Under the pieces are notes generated by a model. That model saw only the letters and a program-made list of their open reading frames with translations, was not told where the DNA came from and ran no database searches. Of a stretch of 38,459 bases of DNA, positions 1-7,915 are shown in pieces. Position 1 is the stretch's first letter; every line of letters begins with the position of its first letter. The translations under genes were made by a program, and so were the position numbers. Source of the stretch: an uncultured Alistipes sp. (GTDB lineage: Bacteria; Bacteroidota; Bacteroidia; Bacteroidales; Rikenellaceae); NCBI GenBank assembly GCA_964600455.1, contig CAZRJU010000001.1, forward strand, positions 1 through 38,459, in the 5' to 3' direction.

Positions 1-1260
1 ATAGCGTGCCAAGTCGTAAATTTCGGTTTTGTAGAGATCGCCCGTGGGGCTGAAAGCACCGGCCGTATCGCCATAGAGGGTACACCAGCCGAGGGCGTTT
101 TCGCTCTTGTTCGAGGAGTTGAGCAAGACGTAGTCGGTCTTATTCTGCACGGCCATCAGCAGGATGGTGCGGATACGGGTCTGGATGTTCTCCTCGGTGA
201 AGTCGAACTCTGTACCGCCGATAGCGGGCTTCAGCGTATCGATCACGCTCGTATAGATCTCGTTGATGGGGATTACGTTATACTCAATCCCGAGGCGTTC
301 GGCCAACTGCTTGGCATCCTCCACCGAGTGGTCGGAGCTGAAGTGCGAAGGCATCAACAGAGCACGCACATTTTCGCGGCCCAACGCATCGGCTGCCAGA
401 CAAGCCACCACAGCGGAGTCAATACCGCCCGAAAGGCCGATCGAGGCCTTGTAGTAGCCGTTCTTGTGGAAGAAGTCCCTCAGGCCAAGGCGGGCTGCCT
501 TGTAGATCATGCGCGTACGGTCGTTGTAGGTGGTATAGGGGAGCTCCGTGGGGCCGTTTTCGGCCTCGGTATCGTAGATCATGAAGTCCTCCTCGAAGCT
601 CTTGAGCATCATCACCAACTCGCCACGGTGGTTCAACACGCCCGAAGTACCGTCGTAGACCAGATCGGTGGAGCCTCCCACCTGGTTGACAATTACAAGC
701 TCCTTGCCCTCCATAAAAGCGAGGTTGTGCATCATCTGGTAGCGATAACTCATCAAACCCTTGCCGTATTTGCGGGCATTGATCGAGATGATGGTCTCTA
801 CCGATTTATCCAGGTCGTGCATATAGCGCAGGTCATCACCCACGACAATTGCACACTTACGGCCCTTGATGGTGGCATATTCATACCCTTTTCCGCCCAC
901 CAGGAAACCCATCTCACGGCGAGCCGAGATACGGCGCTTGGTGACATAGCGAAGCACCTTACGATCCTGCACGAGAGCTGCGGCCGACACGGTTCCCTCG
1001 TTGGTGAGCAGCGGCATACCGATCAGCGCGGCAATTCCGTCGCAGCACGAGGCAATCTCGACAAGGGCATCCTCGCAGAGCTCTAAGAAGGTGGTTTTTC
1101 GCAGCAGGTCGAAGCAGGGGGTACCGCTGATGGCGTGCTCGGCGAAGAGCACCAGATCGGCACCGTGGGTCTTGGCTTTTTGGATAGCGTCGATGATCTT
1201 TGCGGAGTTACCCTCCACATCACCGACCGTATAGTTTAATTGGGCAAGAGCTATTTTCAT
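1..1260 (-). CDS. nadE: NAD+ synthase with N-terminal nitrilase-fold (glutaminase-like) domain; 3' end runs off the window
   Basis: Not in the ORF track. Hand translation from ATG at 1260 gives MKIALAQLNYTVGDVEGN...DLVLFAE, then synthase motifs GLSGGIDSAVVA, EENIQTRIR and NKSENALG..TLYGD..G.FSP.GDLYKTEIY. Confidence 0.93.
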   Translation of the reverse strand, partial: MKIALAQLNYTVGDVEGNSAKIIDAIQKAKTHGADLVLFAEHAISGTPCFDLLRKTTFLELCEDALVEIASCCDGIAALIGMPLLTNEGTVSAAALVQDRKVLRYVTKRRISARREMGFLVGGKGYEYATIKGRKCAIVVGDDLRYMHDLDKSVETIISINARKYGKGLMSYRYQMMHNLAFMEGKELVIVNQVGGSTDLVYDGTSGVLNHRGELVMMLKSFEEDFMIYDTEAENGPTELPYTTYNDRTRMIYKAARLGLRDFFHKNGYYKASIGLSGGIDSAVVACLAADALGRENVRALLMPSHFSSDHSVEDAKQLAERLGIEYNVIPINEIYTSVIDTLKPAIGGTEFDFTEENIQTRIRTILLMAVQNKTDYVLLNSSNKSENALGWCTLYGDTAGAFSPTGDLYKTEIYDLARY

Positions 1261-1280
1261 ATCACGCGCTACTTATCGCG

Positions 1281-1288
1281 CAAAGATA
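1281..1288 (-). promoter_or_regulatory. Bacteroidetes sigma-A -7 box (TATCTTTG) for nadE
   Basis: Matches TAnnTTTG, 20 nt upstream of the nadE ATG. Confidence 0.65.
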
Positions 1289-1386
1289 CGTTTTTTTTAT
1301 CGAACAACGAAGGATTTTCCCAACATTTATCATTTTCCGTCCCGACAAGGAGAGTTATGGCCGATTCTACGCACGAGATTTTTTTA

Positions 1387-1394
1387 TACCTTTG
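1387..1394 (+). promoter_or_regulatory. -7 box (TACCTTTG) for the ubiA-like/eamA unit
   Basis: TAnnTTTG 22 nt upstream of ATG 1417, which supports 1417 rather than 1240 as the start. Confidence 0.65.
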
Positions 1395-1416
1395 CCCACG
1401 AAAAACGGAACAAGTC

Positions 1417-2277
1417 ATGAAAAAATACCTCTCCCTGGTGCTTTTTGCCCACACGATTTTCGCCATGCCCTTTGCGTTGATCGCCTTTGTTTTTGCCCTG
1501 AAGAGCCCCTATTTTGAGGGCGGCGAATCCATCTGGTTGCTGCTTGTAAAGGTGGTCTGCTGCATGGTTACGGCCCGCAATGTGGCCATGGCCTTCAACC
1601 GCTGGGTCGATTGGAAGATCGACAAGGAGAACCCCCGCACAGCCCAACGAGACATTCCCTCCGGGCGTATCTCGCCACGCGAGGCGCTTCTGTTTACGGC
1701 TGTCAACGCCCTGCTTTTTGTGGCGATTGCCGCGACGATTAACCCCCTCACGGCCCTGCTCTCGCCCGTAGCCCTGGCAGTGGTGATGGGCTACAGCTAC
1801 TGCAAACGCTTCACCTCGCTGGCCCATCTGGTGCTGGGGCTCTCGCTCGGCATCGCCCCGGCCGGAGCCTATATTGCCGTTACGGGGCGGCTCGATCTGC
1901 CGGCCATGATACTTTCGCTCCTGGTGATGAGTTGGTGTGGCGGGTTCGACATCATCTACGCCCTGCAGGATGCCCGCTTCGATCGGGAGCATGGGCTGCA
2001 CTCGATTCCGGCCCGCTTTTCCGCCCGCACGGCACTCCTGATCTCGGCCCTCTTGCACGTCGTAAGCCTCGGGGCTCTTGTGTGGTTTGCCTCCTACTGC
2101 GAGCAGGGATGGTGGCTTTGGATCGGCTGCTCGATTTTCACGCTGCTGCTCCTGTTGCAACACCTGTTGGTCACCCCCACCCGACAACGCAACATCGGCA
2201 TCGCCTTCGGCACCCTTAACGGATTGGCCTCTACCCTATTGGCCATCTTTGTCATCCTTCAACTTTTGACCGCTTAG
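1417..2277 (+). CDS. UbiA-family polyprenyltransferase (MqnP/'ubiA_other'-like, probably menaquinone synthesis)
   Basis: HTIFAMPFA, AMAFNRWVDWKIDKENPRT..R.IPSG, YSYCKRFT and GFDIIYALQD..FD motifs; multiple TM helices. Confidence 0.88.
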   Translation: MKKYLSLVLFAHTIFAMPFALIAFVFALKSPYFEGGESIWLLLVKVVCCMVTARNVAMAFNRWVDWKIDKENPRTAQRDIPSGRISPREALLFTAVNALLFVAIAATINPLTALLSPVALAVVMGYSYCKRFTSLAHLVLGLSLGIAPAGAYIAVTGRLDLPAMILSLLVMSWCGGFDIIYALQDARFDREHGLHSIPARFSARTALLISALLHVVSLGALVWFASYCEQGWWLWIGCSIFTLLLLLQHLLVTPTRQRNIGIAFGTLNGLASTLLAIFVILQLLTA

Positions 2278-2285
2278 ACCGCCCT

Positions 2286-3146
2286 ATGTGGCTCCTCTTA
2301 GCCTTCCTGTCGGCCGCCTTTCTGGGCCTCTACGACGCCTCCAAAAAACAGGCGCTTAAGGAGAATGCCGTGCTGCCCGTTTTGTGGCTCAACACCGCCT
2401 TTTCAACCCTCTTTTTTCTGCCCGTGCTGCTCTCCGAGGCGGGGATGGGCGGATTGGAGGCGCACCTGCTGGTTGCGGCCAAGGCCGTGATCGTGCTCTC
2501 GTCGTGGATATTCGGCTATTACGGCCTCAAACACCTTCCCCTGACCATCGTGGGGCCGATCAATGCCACCCGCCCCGTCATGGTGCTTATCGGAGCCATG
2601 CTCCTCTTTGGCGAACGTCTCAACGGCTGGCAGTGGGCCGGCGTGCTGCTCTCACTCTTTTCGCTCTTTTTATTGAGTCGTTCGAGCCGCAAGGAGGGGG
2701 TCAGCTTTGGGCACAACCGCTGGATTCTGCTGATCGCCCTCTCGGCCATTACCGGAGCGATGAGTGGCCTCTACGACCGCTTTATCATGACCCGTCTGGA
2801 GCCCCTCTTTGTGCAGGGATGGTATAACCTCTATCAGCTGATCCTGATGAGTTTGATCGTGGCGCTACTGTGGTGGCCCGCCCGCCACCACACCACCCCC
2901 TTCCGTTGGCGCTGGGCCATTCCGCTCATCTCAATCACCCTCACGATCGCCGATCTGGCCTACCTGAAAGCCCTGCAGGAGAGCGAGGCAATGATCTCGA
3001 TCGTTTCGATGATCCGCCGCTCGTCGGTGCTGATCTCGTTTGGTTGCGGCGCCCTGCTCTTTCACGAACGCAACCTGCGCTCGAAGGCGATCGATCTTCT
3101 CTTTATTCTGATCGGCATGGTGCTACTCTACATCGGCTCGCGTTAG
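2286..3146 (+). CDS. EamA/DMT-family transporter
   Basis: About 10 hydrophobic helices in two repeats; LFGERLNGWQWAG and FHERNL signatures. Confidence 0.85.
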   Translation: MWLLLAFLSAAFLGLYDASKKQALKENAVLPVLWLNTAFSTLFFLPVLLSEAGMGGLEAHLLVAAKAVIVLSSWIFGYYGLKHLPLTIVGPINATRPVMVLIGAMLLFGERLNGWQWAGVLLSLFSLFLLSRSSRKEGVSFGHNRWILLIALSAITGAMSGLYDRFIMTRLEPLFVQGWYNLYQLILMSLIVALLWWPARHHTTPFRWRWAIPLISITLTIADLAYLKALQESEAMISIVSMIRRSSVLISFGCGALLFHERNLRSKAIDLLFILIGMVLLYIGSR

Positions 3147-3201
3147 GGGCCCGTGGCAAATGTGGTAAGGTTCTTGCGGAGAGGATGGCAAACCTTAATT
3201 C

Positions 3202-4035
3202 TTGTTTGCCGTGAAAACATCTACAACAATCTTTTTCATGGTGCTTGTGGCCGGGAGCCTTATCCAATACCCCGCCCATGCACAAGAGACGCCATCGCAC
3301 TCCACCCTTCAGGCGGATACGGTGCTCGTCTCGGAGTATCGTGAGGCCGACAGCCTGGTGCGCCGCTATCGGGTCCAGACCACGGGCGAGGGGGAGATTA
3401 CGCTCCACTACCGCATCAACCTCGCCAAGATGGATCGCAACTATATGGCCAATAGCGAGGAGTTGACCCGATTGAGCGACTTTATGCAACAACTGTCAAG
3501 CGACTCACTCTACCGGTTGAAACGGGTGGTGGTCAAGGGTGTTGCCTCGCCCGACGGCCCGCAGGCACTCAACGAGCGCTTGGCCAAGAGGCGCATGCAG
3601 GATGCCGCGACCTACCTCAACAACCACTACGCCGCACTCCTCAAAGTCCCGATCGAGGAGTCGTGGCAGATCGCCCCCTGGCAGGAGGTCGTGCCCTGGT
3701 TGGAGAAGAGTTCGCTCAGCAACCGCGAGGAGGCGATCAGCATCATCACCGGCACTCGCTCCGCCGGCGAAAAGGAGCAGCACCTCAAGCGTCTGCCCGA
3801 GGTCTGGAACTACCTGCGCCACCAAGTGCTTCCCTCGCTGCGTTATGCCGACGTGATGTTGAGTTGTGAACGAATCCGGCTCTTCGAGGTACGCAGCTAT
3901 GTGGCCCCGCCGAAGCCCGCTCCGGACCCCACCCCCAAACCTACGGCCCAACGCCCGCCCTGCAACGATCCTTGCGGAGAGTGTGCCGTGGTGGATGAGG
4001 GGATTACGGGTTTGATTATCGAAACAGGATATTAG
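3202..4035 (+). CDS. Exported OmpA-like (DUF3868-type) domain protein with Pro-rich C-terminal tail; start may be GTG at 3211
   Basis: Signal peptide ending AHA-Q; Y.N..EL, V.G.ASPDG...NERLA..R and W.Y....LPSLR motifs typical of Bacteroidetes OmpA-like domains. Confidence 0.7.
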   Translation: MFAVKTSTTIFFMVLVAGSLIQYPAHAQETPSHSTLQADTVLVSEYREADSLVRRYRVQTTGEGEITLHYRINLAKMDRNYMANSEELTRLSDFMQQLSSDSLYRLKRVVVKGVASPDGPQALNERLAKRRMQDAATYLNNHYAALLKVPIEESWQIAPWQEVVPWLEKSSLSNREEAISIITGTRSAGEKEQHLKRLPEVWNYLRHQVLPSLRYADVMLSCERIRLFEVRSYVAPPKPAPDPTPKPTAQRPPCNDPCGECAVVDEGITGLIIETGY

Positions 4036-4085
4036 AATTAACAGCCCCGCTGCAAAAGAGCAGCGGGGCTGTTAATTCTAATATC
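4028..4085. terminator. Probable bidirectional terminator: 26-bp perfect inverted repeat with 6-nt loop
   Basis: GATATTAGAATTAACAGCCCCGCTGC-aaaaga-GCAGCGGGGCTGTTAATTCTAATATC, between convergent genes. Confidence 0.8.
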
Positions 4086-4100
4086 TTTTGGATTTCACTC

Positions 4101-5405
4101 CTACTTTTGTCGGAAGTATATTTGCACCGGAACCCCCGAAAAATCCCACTCGGCACGGAGTTTATTCTCCAAGAAGCGACGATAGGGCTCACGAATATAT
4201 TGCGGCAGGTTGACAAAGAAGGCAAACTGCGGCGTGGGGGTCGGGAGCTGTGTTACATACTTGATCTTGATATACTTACCCTTTGTTGCAGGGGGCGGGT
4301 AGTTCTCAATCAGCGGTAGGAAGAAGTCGTTGAGTTCGGAGGTCGAGATACGGCGTTTGCGCGACTGGTGCACGCGAATTGCCGTCTGCAACACGTCCAA
4401 AATACGCTGCTTATTCAGCACCGAGGTAAAGATGATGGGAATATCGCTGAAGGGGGCCAGTTTCTTCTCCAAAAACTCCTTCCACTCCTTCATCGTGTTG
4501 CTCTCCTTCTCGATCAGGTCCCACTTGTTGACCACGATCACACACCCCTTACGGTTGCGGACAATCAGGTTGTGGATATTCAAATCCTGCGACTCGAGGC
4601 CCTGCTGTGCATCGAGCATCAAAATACAGACATCCGACTCCTCGATGGCACGAATCGAGCGCATCACGGAGTAGAACTCCAGATCCTCCATCTCCTTGCC
4701 CTTCTTGCGCATACCGGCTGTATCGACCAAGTAGAAATCCATGCCGAACTTGTTGTAACGCGTATGGATCGAGTCGCGTGTCGTACCGGCAATATCGGTT
4801 ACGATGTTGCGCTCCTGCCCCAACAGGGCGTTGGTCATCGAGGACTTACCCACATTGGGGCGACCTGCGATGGTGATGCGCGGCAGATCCTCATCCTCCT
4901 CGGAGCGCACATCGGCCGGCAGTTTTGCCAGAATCTCGTCCATCAAGTCGCCCGTACCGCTACCCGACATCGAAGAGATGCAGAAGGGCGAACCCAGGCC
5001 CAACGAGTAGAACTCGTGCGAGGAGTAGATCAAATCGTAGTTATCCACCTTGTTGCAGACTAAGATCACGGGCTTGTTGGTGCGACGCAACACCGAGGCC
5101 ATCATCTCGTCCAGGTCGGTGATTCCCGTTGCCACCTCCACCAGGAAGAGAATCACATCGGCCTCCTCGATGGCCAACATCACCTGACGGCGAATCTCGT
5201 CCTCGAAAATATCATCGGTGTTGACGGCATATCCGCCCGTGTCGATGATCGAGAACTCGCGCCCGTTCCAGTCGGTTTTTCCATAATGACGGTCGCGCGT
5301 TGTGCCGGCCGTTGCATCCACAATGGCCTTGCGCTGCCCAACCAAACGGTTAAAAAGGGTACTCTTGCCCACATTGGGGCGACCTACGATTGCTACTAAT
5401 GCCAT
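4101..5405 (-). CDS. der: Ribosome biogenesis GTPase Der (EngA)
   Basis: Two GRPNVGKS P-loops, GTTRD, DTGG/DTAG and NKVD/NKWD motifs, and a C-terminal KH-like domain. Confidence 0.97.
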   Translation of the reverse strand: MALVAIVGRPNVGKSTLFNRLVGQRKAIVDATAGTTRDRHYGKTDWNGREFSIIDTGGYAVNTDDIFEDEIRRQVMLAIEEADVILFLVEVATGITDLDEMMASVLRRTNKPVILVCNKVDNYDLIYSSHEFYSLGLGSPFCISSMSGSGTGDLMDEILAKLPADVRSEEDEDLPRITIAGRPNVGKSSMTNALLGQERNIVTDIAGTTRDSIHTRYNKFGMDFYLVDTAGMRKKGKEMEDLEFYSVMRSIRAIEESDVCILMLDAQQGLESQDLNIHNLIVRNRKGCVIVVNKWDLIEKESNTMKEWKEFLEKKLAPFSDIPIIFTSVLNKQRILDVLQTAIRVHQSRKRRISTSELNDFFLPLIENYPPPATKGKYIKIKYVTQLPTPTPQFAFFVNLPQYIREPYRRFLENKLRAEWDFSGVPVQIYFRQK

Positions 5406-5447
5406 ATCTCTGTCGTTCGATTCTTAACTTTAAGTCGTTTTGCGCGG

Positions 5448-5455
5448 CAAAGATA
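5448..5455 (-). promoter_or_regulatory. -7 box (TATCTTTG) for der
   Basis: TAnnTTTG 42 nt upstream of the der ATG. Confidence 0.6.
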
Positions 5456-5523
5456 CGAAAATTTTGCCAATCAACAATTGGGGGTAAAGAAACAGAACTG
5501 AGATTGTGCCGCTGGGTACGATG

Positions 5524-5944
5524 AACCGAGAGTTCCGGGAGAACCGGGAAGATCGGGACACACGGAGCGTTGTGGGGAGTCTCCGGATTCTCAGCATTCT
5601 CAGTATTCCCAGTATTCTCAGTTTTCTCAGTATTCCCAGATTTGTTTGGCGCTGCCCAAAGTGGCCTTAAGTTGTGGAGAATCTCCGGATTCCCAGTATT
5701 CCCAGAATTCTCAGTTTTCCCAGTTTTCCCGGTCTTCCCGGTCTTCCCAGAATTCTCAGCCCCCCGGTCAATCGCACCCCACAATACAACCCAAGCCCCC
5801 CAGGTATTAAAAAAGATACCCGGAGGGAATCATGGGAATCATGGGGATCATAAGAATGATGGGATACCCGGAACGACCCGCAAAAGTTCTCTCCCATTGC
5901 TCCCCAAACTCACATTATTCCCATCTCTCCCATTACTCCCAACA
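5524..5944. repeat. Cluster of five degenerate 9-bp tandem arrays in mixed orientation
   Basis: 5524-5559 (AACCGGGAR-like x4), 5588-5641 (TTCYCAGTA-like x6), 5690-5761 (x8), 5824-5868 (TGGGAATCA-like x5) and 5891-5944 (YTCCCATTA-like x6). The 2nd and 3rd arrays share the leader GTTGTGGRGARTCTCCGGA. Confidence 0.9.
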
Positions 5945-5946
5945 AC

Positions 5947-5976
5947 AAAAAAGTCGCCTCCCGCGGGAAGCGACTT
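5947..5976 (-). terminator. Intrinsic terminator of the fimbrillin-like gene
   Basis: Minus strand reads AAGTCGCTTCC-cgcg-GGAGGCGACTT followed by a T run, 18 nt after the stop. Confidence 0.8.
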
Positions 5977-5994
5977 AATAATTGGGTCTCGCAA

Positions 5995-7536
5995 TTACTC
6001 GACCAAGTTAGTAATAGGCGTTTTATAGGGTGATGTTCCTAACCAAAAGCCATTAGAAGAATCGTCGTCATACCAATACCCCACATAAATATCATGGGTA
6101 ATAGCCTTATTCAGCAACTTAATATCAGCCGATTGACTCTTAACGCTCTTGTTAACATTATAGTTAGCCAAGAAATTAAAGCCCGAAGAATAACGCGAAG
6201 AAGGTATTACACAATAGTAGTAGTGTCTCCAATTATTTCCATTCGCAGGGACATAATAGCAGTTATCCGTGAGAGCCTTTCCCGGCCAATCATAAGTCCA
6301 AGCAAACGCACCTCCGTCATCCCAAATATGAAGACTGGGAGCCTTGTTTTTAGACGCCTGGTCGAAAACATAAATCGTATAACCAAACGTGCTCTCGTCA
6401 TTGGGATCAATCTCCACCGCACCACGAACGGTAAGACGGAAATACTTATCCTCCGTGAAAGTCAGGTTTTTGAGGTTATCGACTTCTATTTTCCAGTTTA
6501 CATTACCACTTCCGCTGTTAGCCGTAGCTCCGGTAGTCGGGATGAAATTATATTTCTCATCGGCAGCACCATCCATCGGGATGTTGTAGTAATAGTACGT
6601 GTAGTTGCCAATCTTCTCGGTGTTGTTCATCAAACTTTCTCCGGGCCAAGTAGTGGCCAAATCCCCGGTTGAATTCCAAACATGAGCATAGGTTTGGCTC
6701 CAATCAAGATCCTTGTTCAGGAAATAGATACGATACTGATAAGGAAGCACCTTGAGGTTGGTGATCTTGCTACGGTTAATCGTAATCGAGGTGTCGAGTT
6801 TCTTAACCTCACGATTATCCACCAAGGCCTTAATACCCGTTGCAAAGGTATTGGGTACCGAAACAAAGAAGTAGTTCGTTTCGGGCTGGAAGCCACCCTC
6901 GCAAGTCAGGGCGATGGAGGTAGCGGCAGCGGTAGCCGTGGCGGTGGGGATATTCTCGCCATCGAGGGTTACGCCAACCGTACCGGCAACGGCCTCGGTG
7001 CCGTTGGAGGCAAAAGTTACGCTCTCGCAAGCGGTGCTTACCTGGAACTTGATGATCGAGCACACATTCTTAAATGCGAGCGAGTAGTTCTCGTCGGCTA
7101 CGGCAACCGTGATATTGCTCTCCTCGGGGAAGCTGCCGGCCGTGCAGGTCTGGGCAGCGGGGATCTCAACGCCCGAGATGGTGGTGCCATCCCAGCTATA
7201 GGCAGCGTTGTAGGGATAAACGGCTACGAACTTCGTGGCGCCCTCGTTGACCTTACCGGTGAAGATAGCGCTTACGCCGTCGTGCTCCTTGATGGTGAAC
7301 TCGTTGTTACCACCCTGGTCATCGAGGATCGAGATGGTGTCGCCATCGGTCCACAAGGTCTGACGGTTGTCATAATCAAGCAGCGTACGGGTCTCGTCAT
7401 TCGAGGCCGAGAAGGTCATCTCTACGGTACCGGTCTGTACGGGCTCGGCGGGGGTTACCTCTTCGGTAGCATCGGTCGAGCAAGATACGGCAGTCAAAGC
7501 AAATGCCGCAACCAAATATGCATAAAATCTTTTCAT
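5995..7536 (-). CDS. Surface lipoprotein: fimbrillin/Mfa-like N-terminal region plus two CBM26-like (starch-binding) modules
   Basis: Lipobox AVSC followed by acidic residues; TRT....W..GD.I, AVYPY and L.FKN.CS..KF fimbrillin-like motifs; two repeats of YxIY...hW.....WPG..h......YYY. Confidence 0.72.
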   Translation of the reverse strand: MKRFYAYLVAAFALTAVSCSTDATEEVTPAEPVQTGTVEMTFSASNDETRTLLDYDNRQTLWTDGDTISILDDQGGNNEFTIKEHDGVSAIFTGKVNEGATKFVAVYPYNAAYSWDGTTISGVEIPAAQTCTAGSFPEESNITVAVADENYSLAFKNVCSIIKFQVSTACESVTFASNGTEAVAGTVGVTLDGENIPTATATAAATSIALTCEGGFQPETNYFFVSVPNTFATGIKALVDNREVKKLDTSITINRSKITNLKVLPYQYRIYFLNKDLDWSQTYAHVWNSTGDLATTWPGESLMNNTEKIGNYTYYYYNIPMDGAADEKYNFIPTTGATANSGSGNVNWKIEVDNLKNLTFTEDKYFRLTVRGAVEIDPNDESTFGYTIYVFDQASKNKAPSLHIWDDGGAFAWTYDWPGKALTDNCYYVPANGNNWRHYYYCVIPSSRYSSGFNFLANYNVNKSVKSQSADIKLLNKAITHDIYVGYWYDDDSSNGFWLGTSPYKTPITNLVE

Positions 7537-7569
7537 TCTTTTCTACGTTTTTAGTTGTTTGACATTTGA

Positions 7570-7722
7570 TTACCAGTCGACCTCCTCGTCTTCGTCACCC
7601 CAGCCCTCGTTCGAGCCTCCCTCGGTGCTGAGTGCAAAGCCACGTTCGGTGGCAATTTCAAGCAGAACAAGGTTCGGTGCCTCGTAGCCCCCCCCCTCTA
7701 CGTTAAACACTGTTTTTTTCAT
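7570..7722 (-). CDS. 50-aa acidic peptide MKKTVFNVEGGGYEAPNLVLLEIATERGFALSTEGGSNEGWGDEDEEVDW
   Basis: Below the ORF-track cutoff and translated by hand. It lies between a -7 box (7800-7807) and the lipoprotein gene, has an A-rich leader, and its coding-like GC contrasts with AT-rich flanks. Confidence 0.75.
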   Translation of the reverse strand: MKKTVFNVEGGGYEAPNLVLLEIATERGFALSTEGGSNEGWGDEDEEVDW

Positions 7723-7799
7723 CGTGTAAGATTGGTTTTATTAGTTTGTTTTTTGGTATTTTGTCGTTTGCTCGTTTAATTCTCTTTAGAGAATCTCGG

Positions 7800-7807
7800 C
7801 AAAGGTA
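7800..7807 (-). promoter_or_regulatory. -7 box (TACCTTTG) for the peptide-lipoprotein operon
   Basis: TAnnTTTG with an A-rich upstream region, 77 nt before the peptide ATG. Confidence 0.65.
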
Positions 7808-7915
7808 GGAATATTTTTTTTATTTACACACAGTTAATTGAGAAAATTTGCCGTTTTATGGAGAAACCTGCTTTCTTCGCCGGGGTGAAGGGGAAATATT
7901 CAGGGGCTTGGGGGC

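Noticed and set aside
328..1086. 252-aa plus-strand ORF, and other long antisense ORFs such as 23875-25707, 6682-7554, 14090-14854 and 37524-38111
   Set aside because: Shadow ORFs opposite well-supported genes, expected from codon bias in GC-rich DNA, with no recognisable motifs.
1240..1416. ORF-track N-terminal extension of the UbiA-like gene (likewise 8489-8500, 19611-19643 and 30965-31039 for other genes)
   Set aside because: These extensions run through promoter boxes or neighbouring genes; downstream ATGs match family N-termini.
5524..5944. Possible CRISPR array
   Set aside because: Units are 9 bp and contiguous with no unique spacers, and there are no cas genes.
5350..6028. ORFs 5350-5784 (-), 5570-6028 (+) and 5667-5897 (-) with GKT/FPV tripeptide repeats
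   Set aside because: They are translations of the 9-bp arrays, which stay open because the unit is a multiple of three; there are no good starts, and two of them overlap der or the lipoprotein gene.
5995..6750. Diversity-generating retroelement target in the variable C-terminus
   Set aside because: No reverse transcriptase and no template/variable repeat pair differing at adenines was seen in the window.
7621..7650. ERG|FALSTE in the peptide as a type IV prepilin cleavage site
   Set aside because: Glu is at +6 rather than +5, and the following segment is acidic, not a hydrophobic helix.
5790..7912. 10-bp inverted repeat CCCAAGCCCC (5790-5799) / GGGGCTTGGG (7903-7912) as invertible-segment or transposon ends
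   Set aside because: Short and low-complexity, with no recombinase nearby; inverting a whole transcription unit would not switch it.
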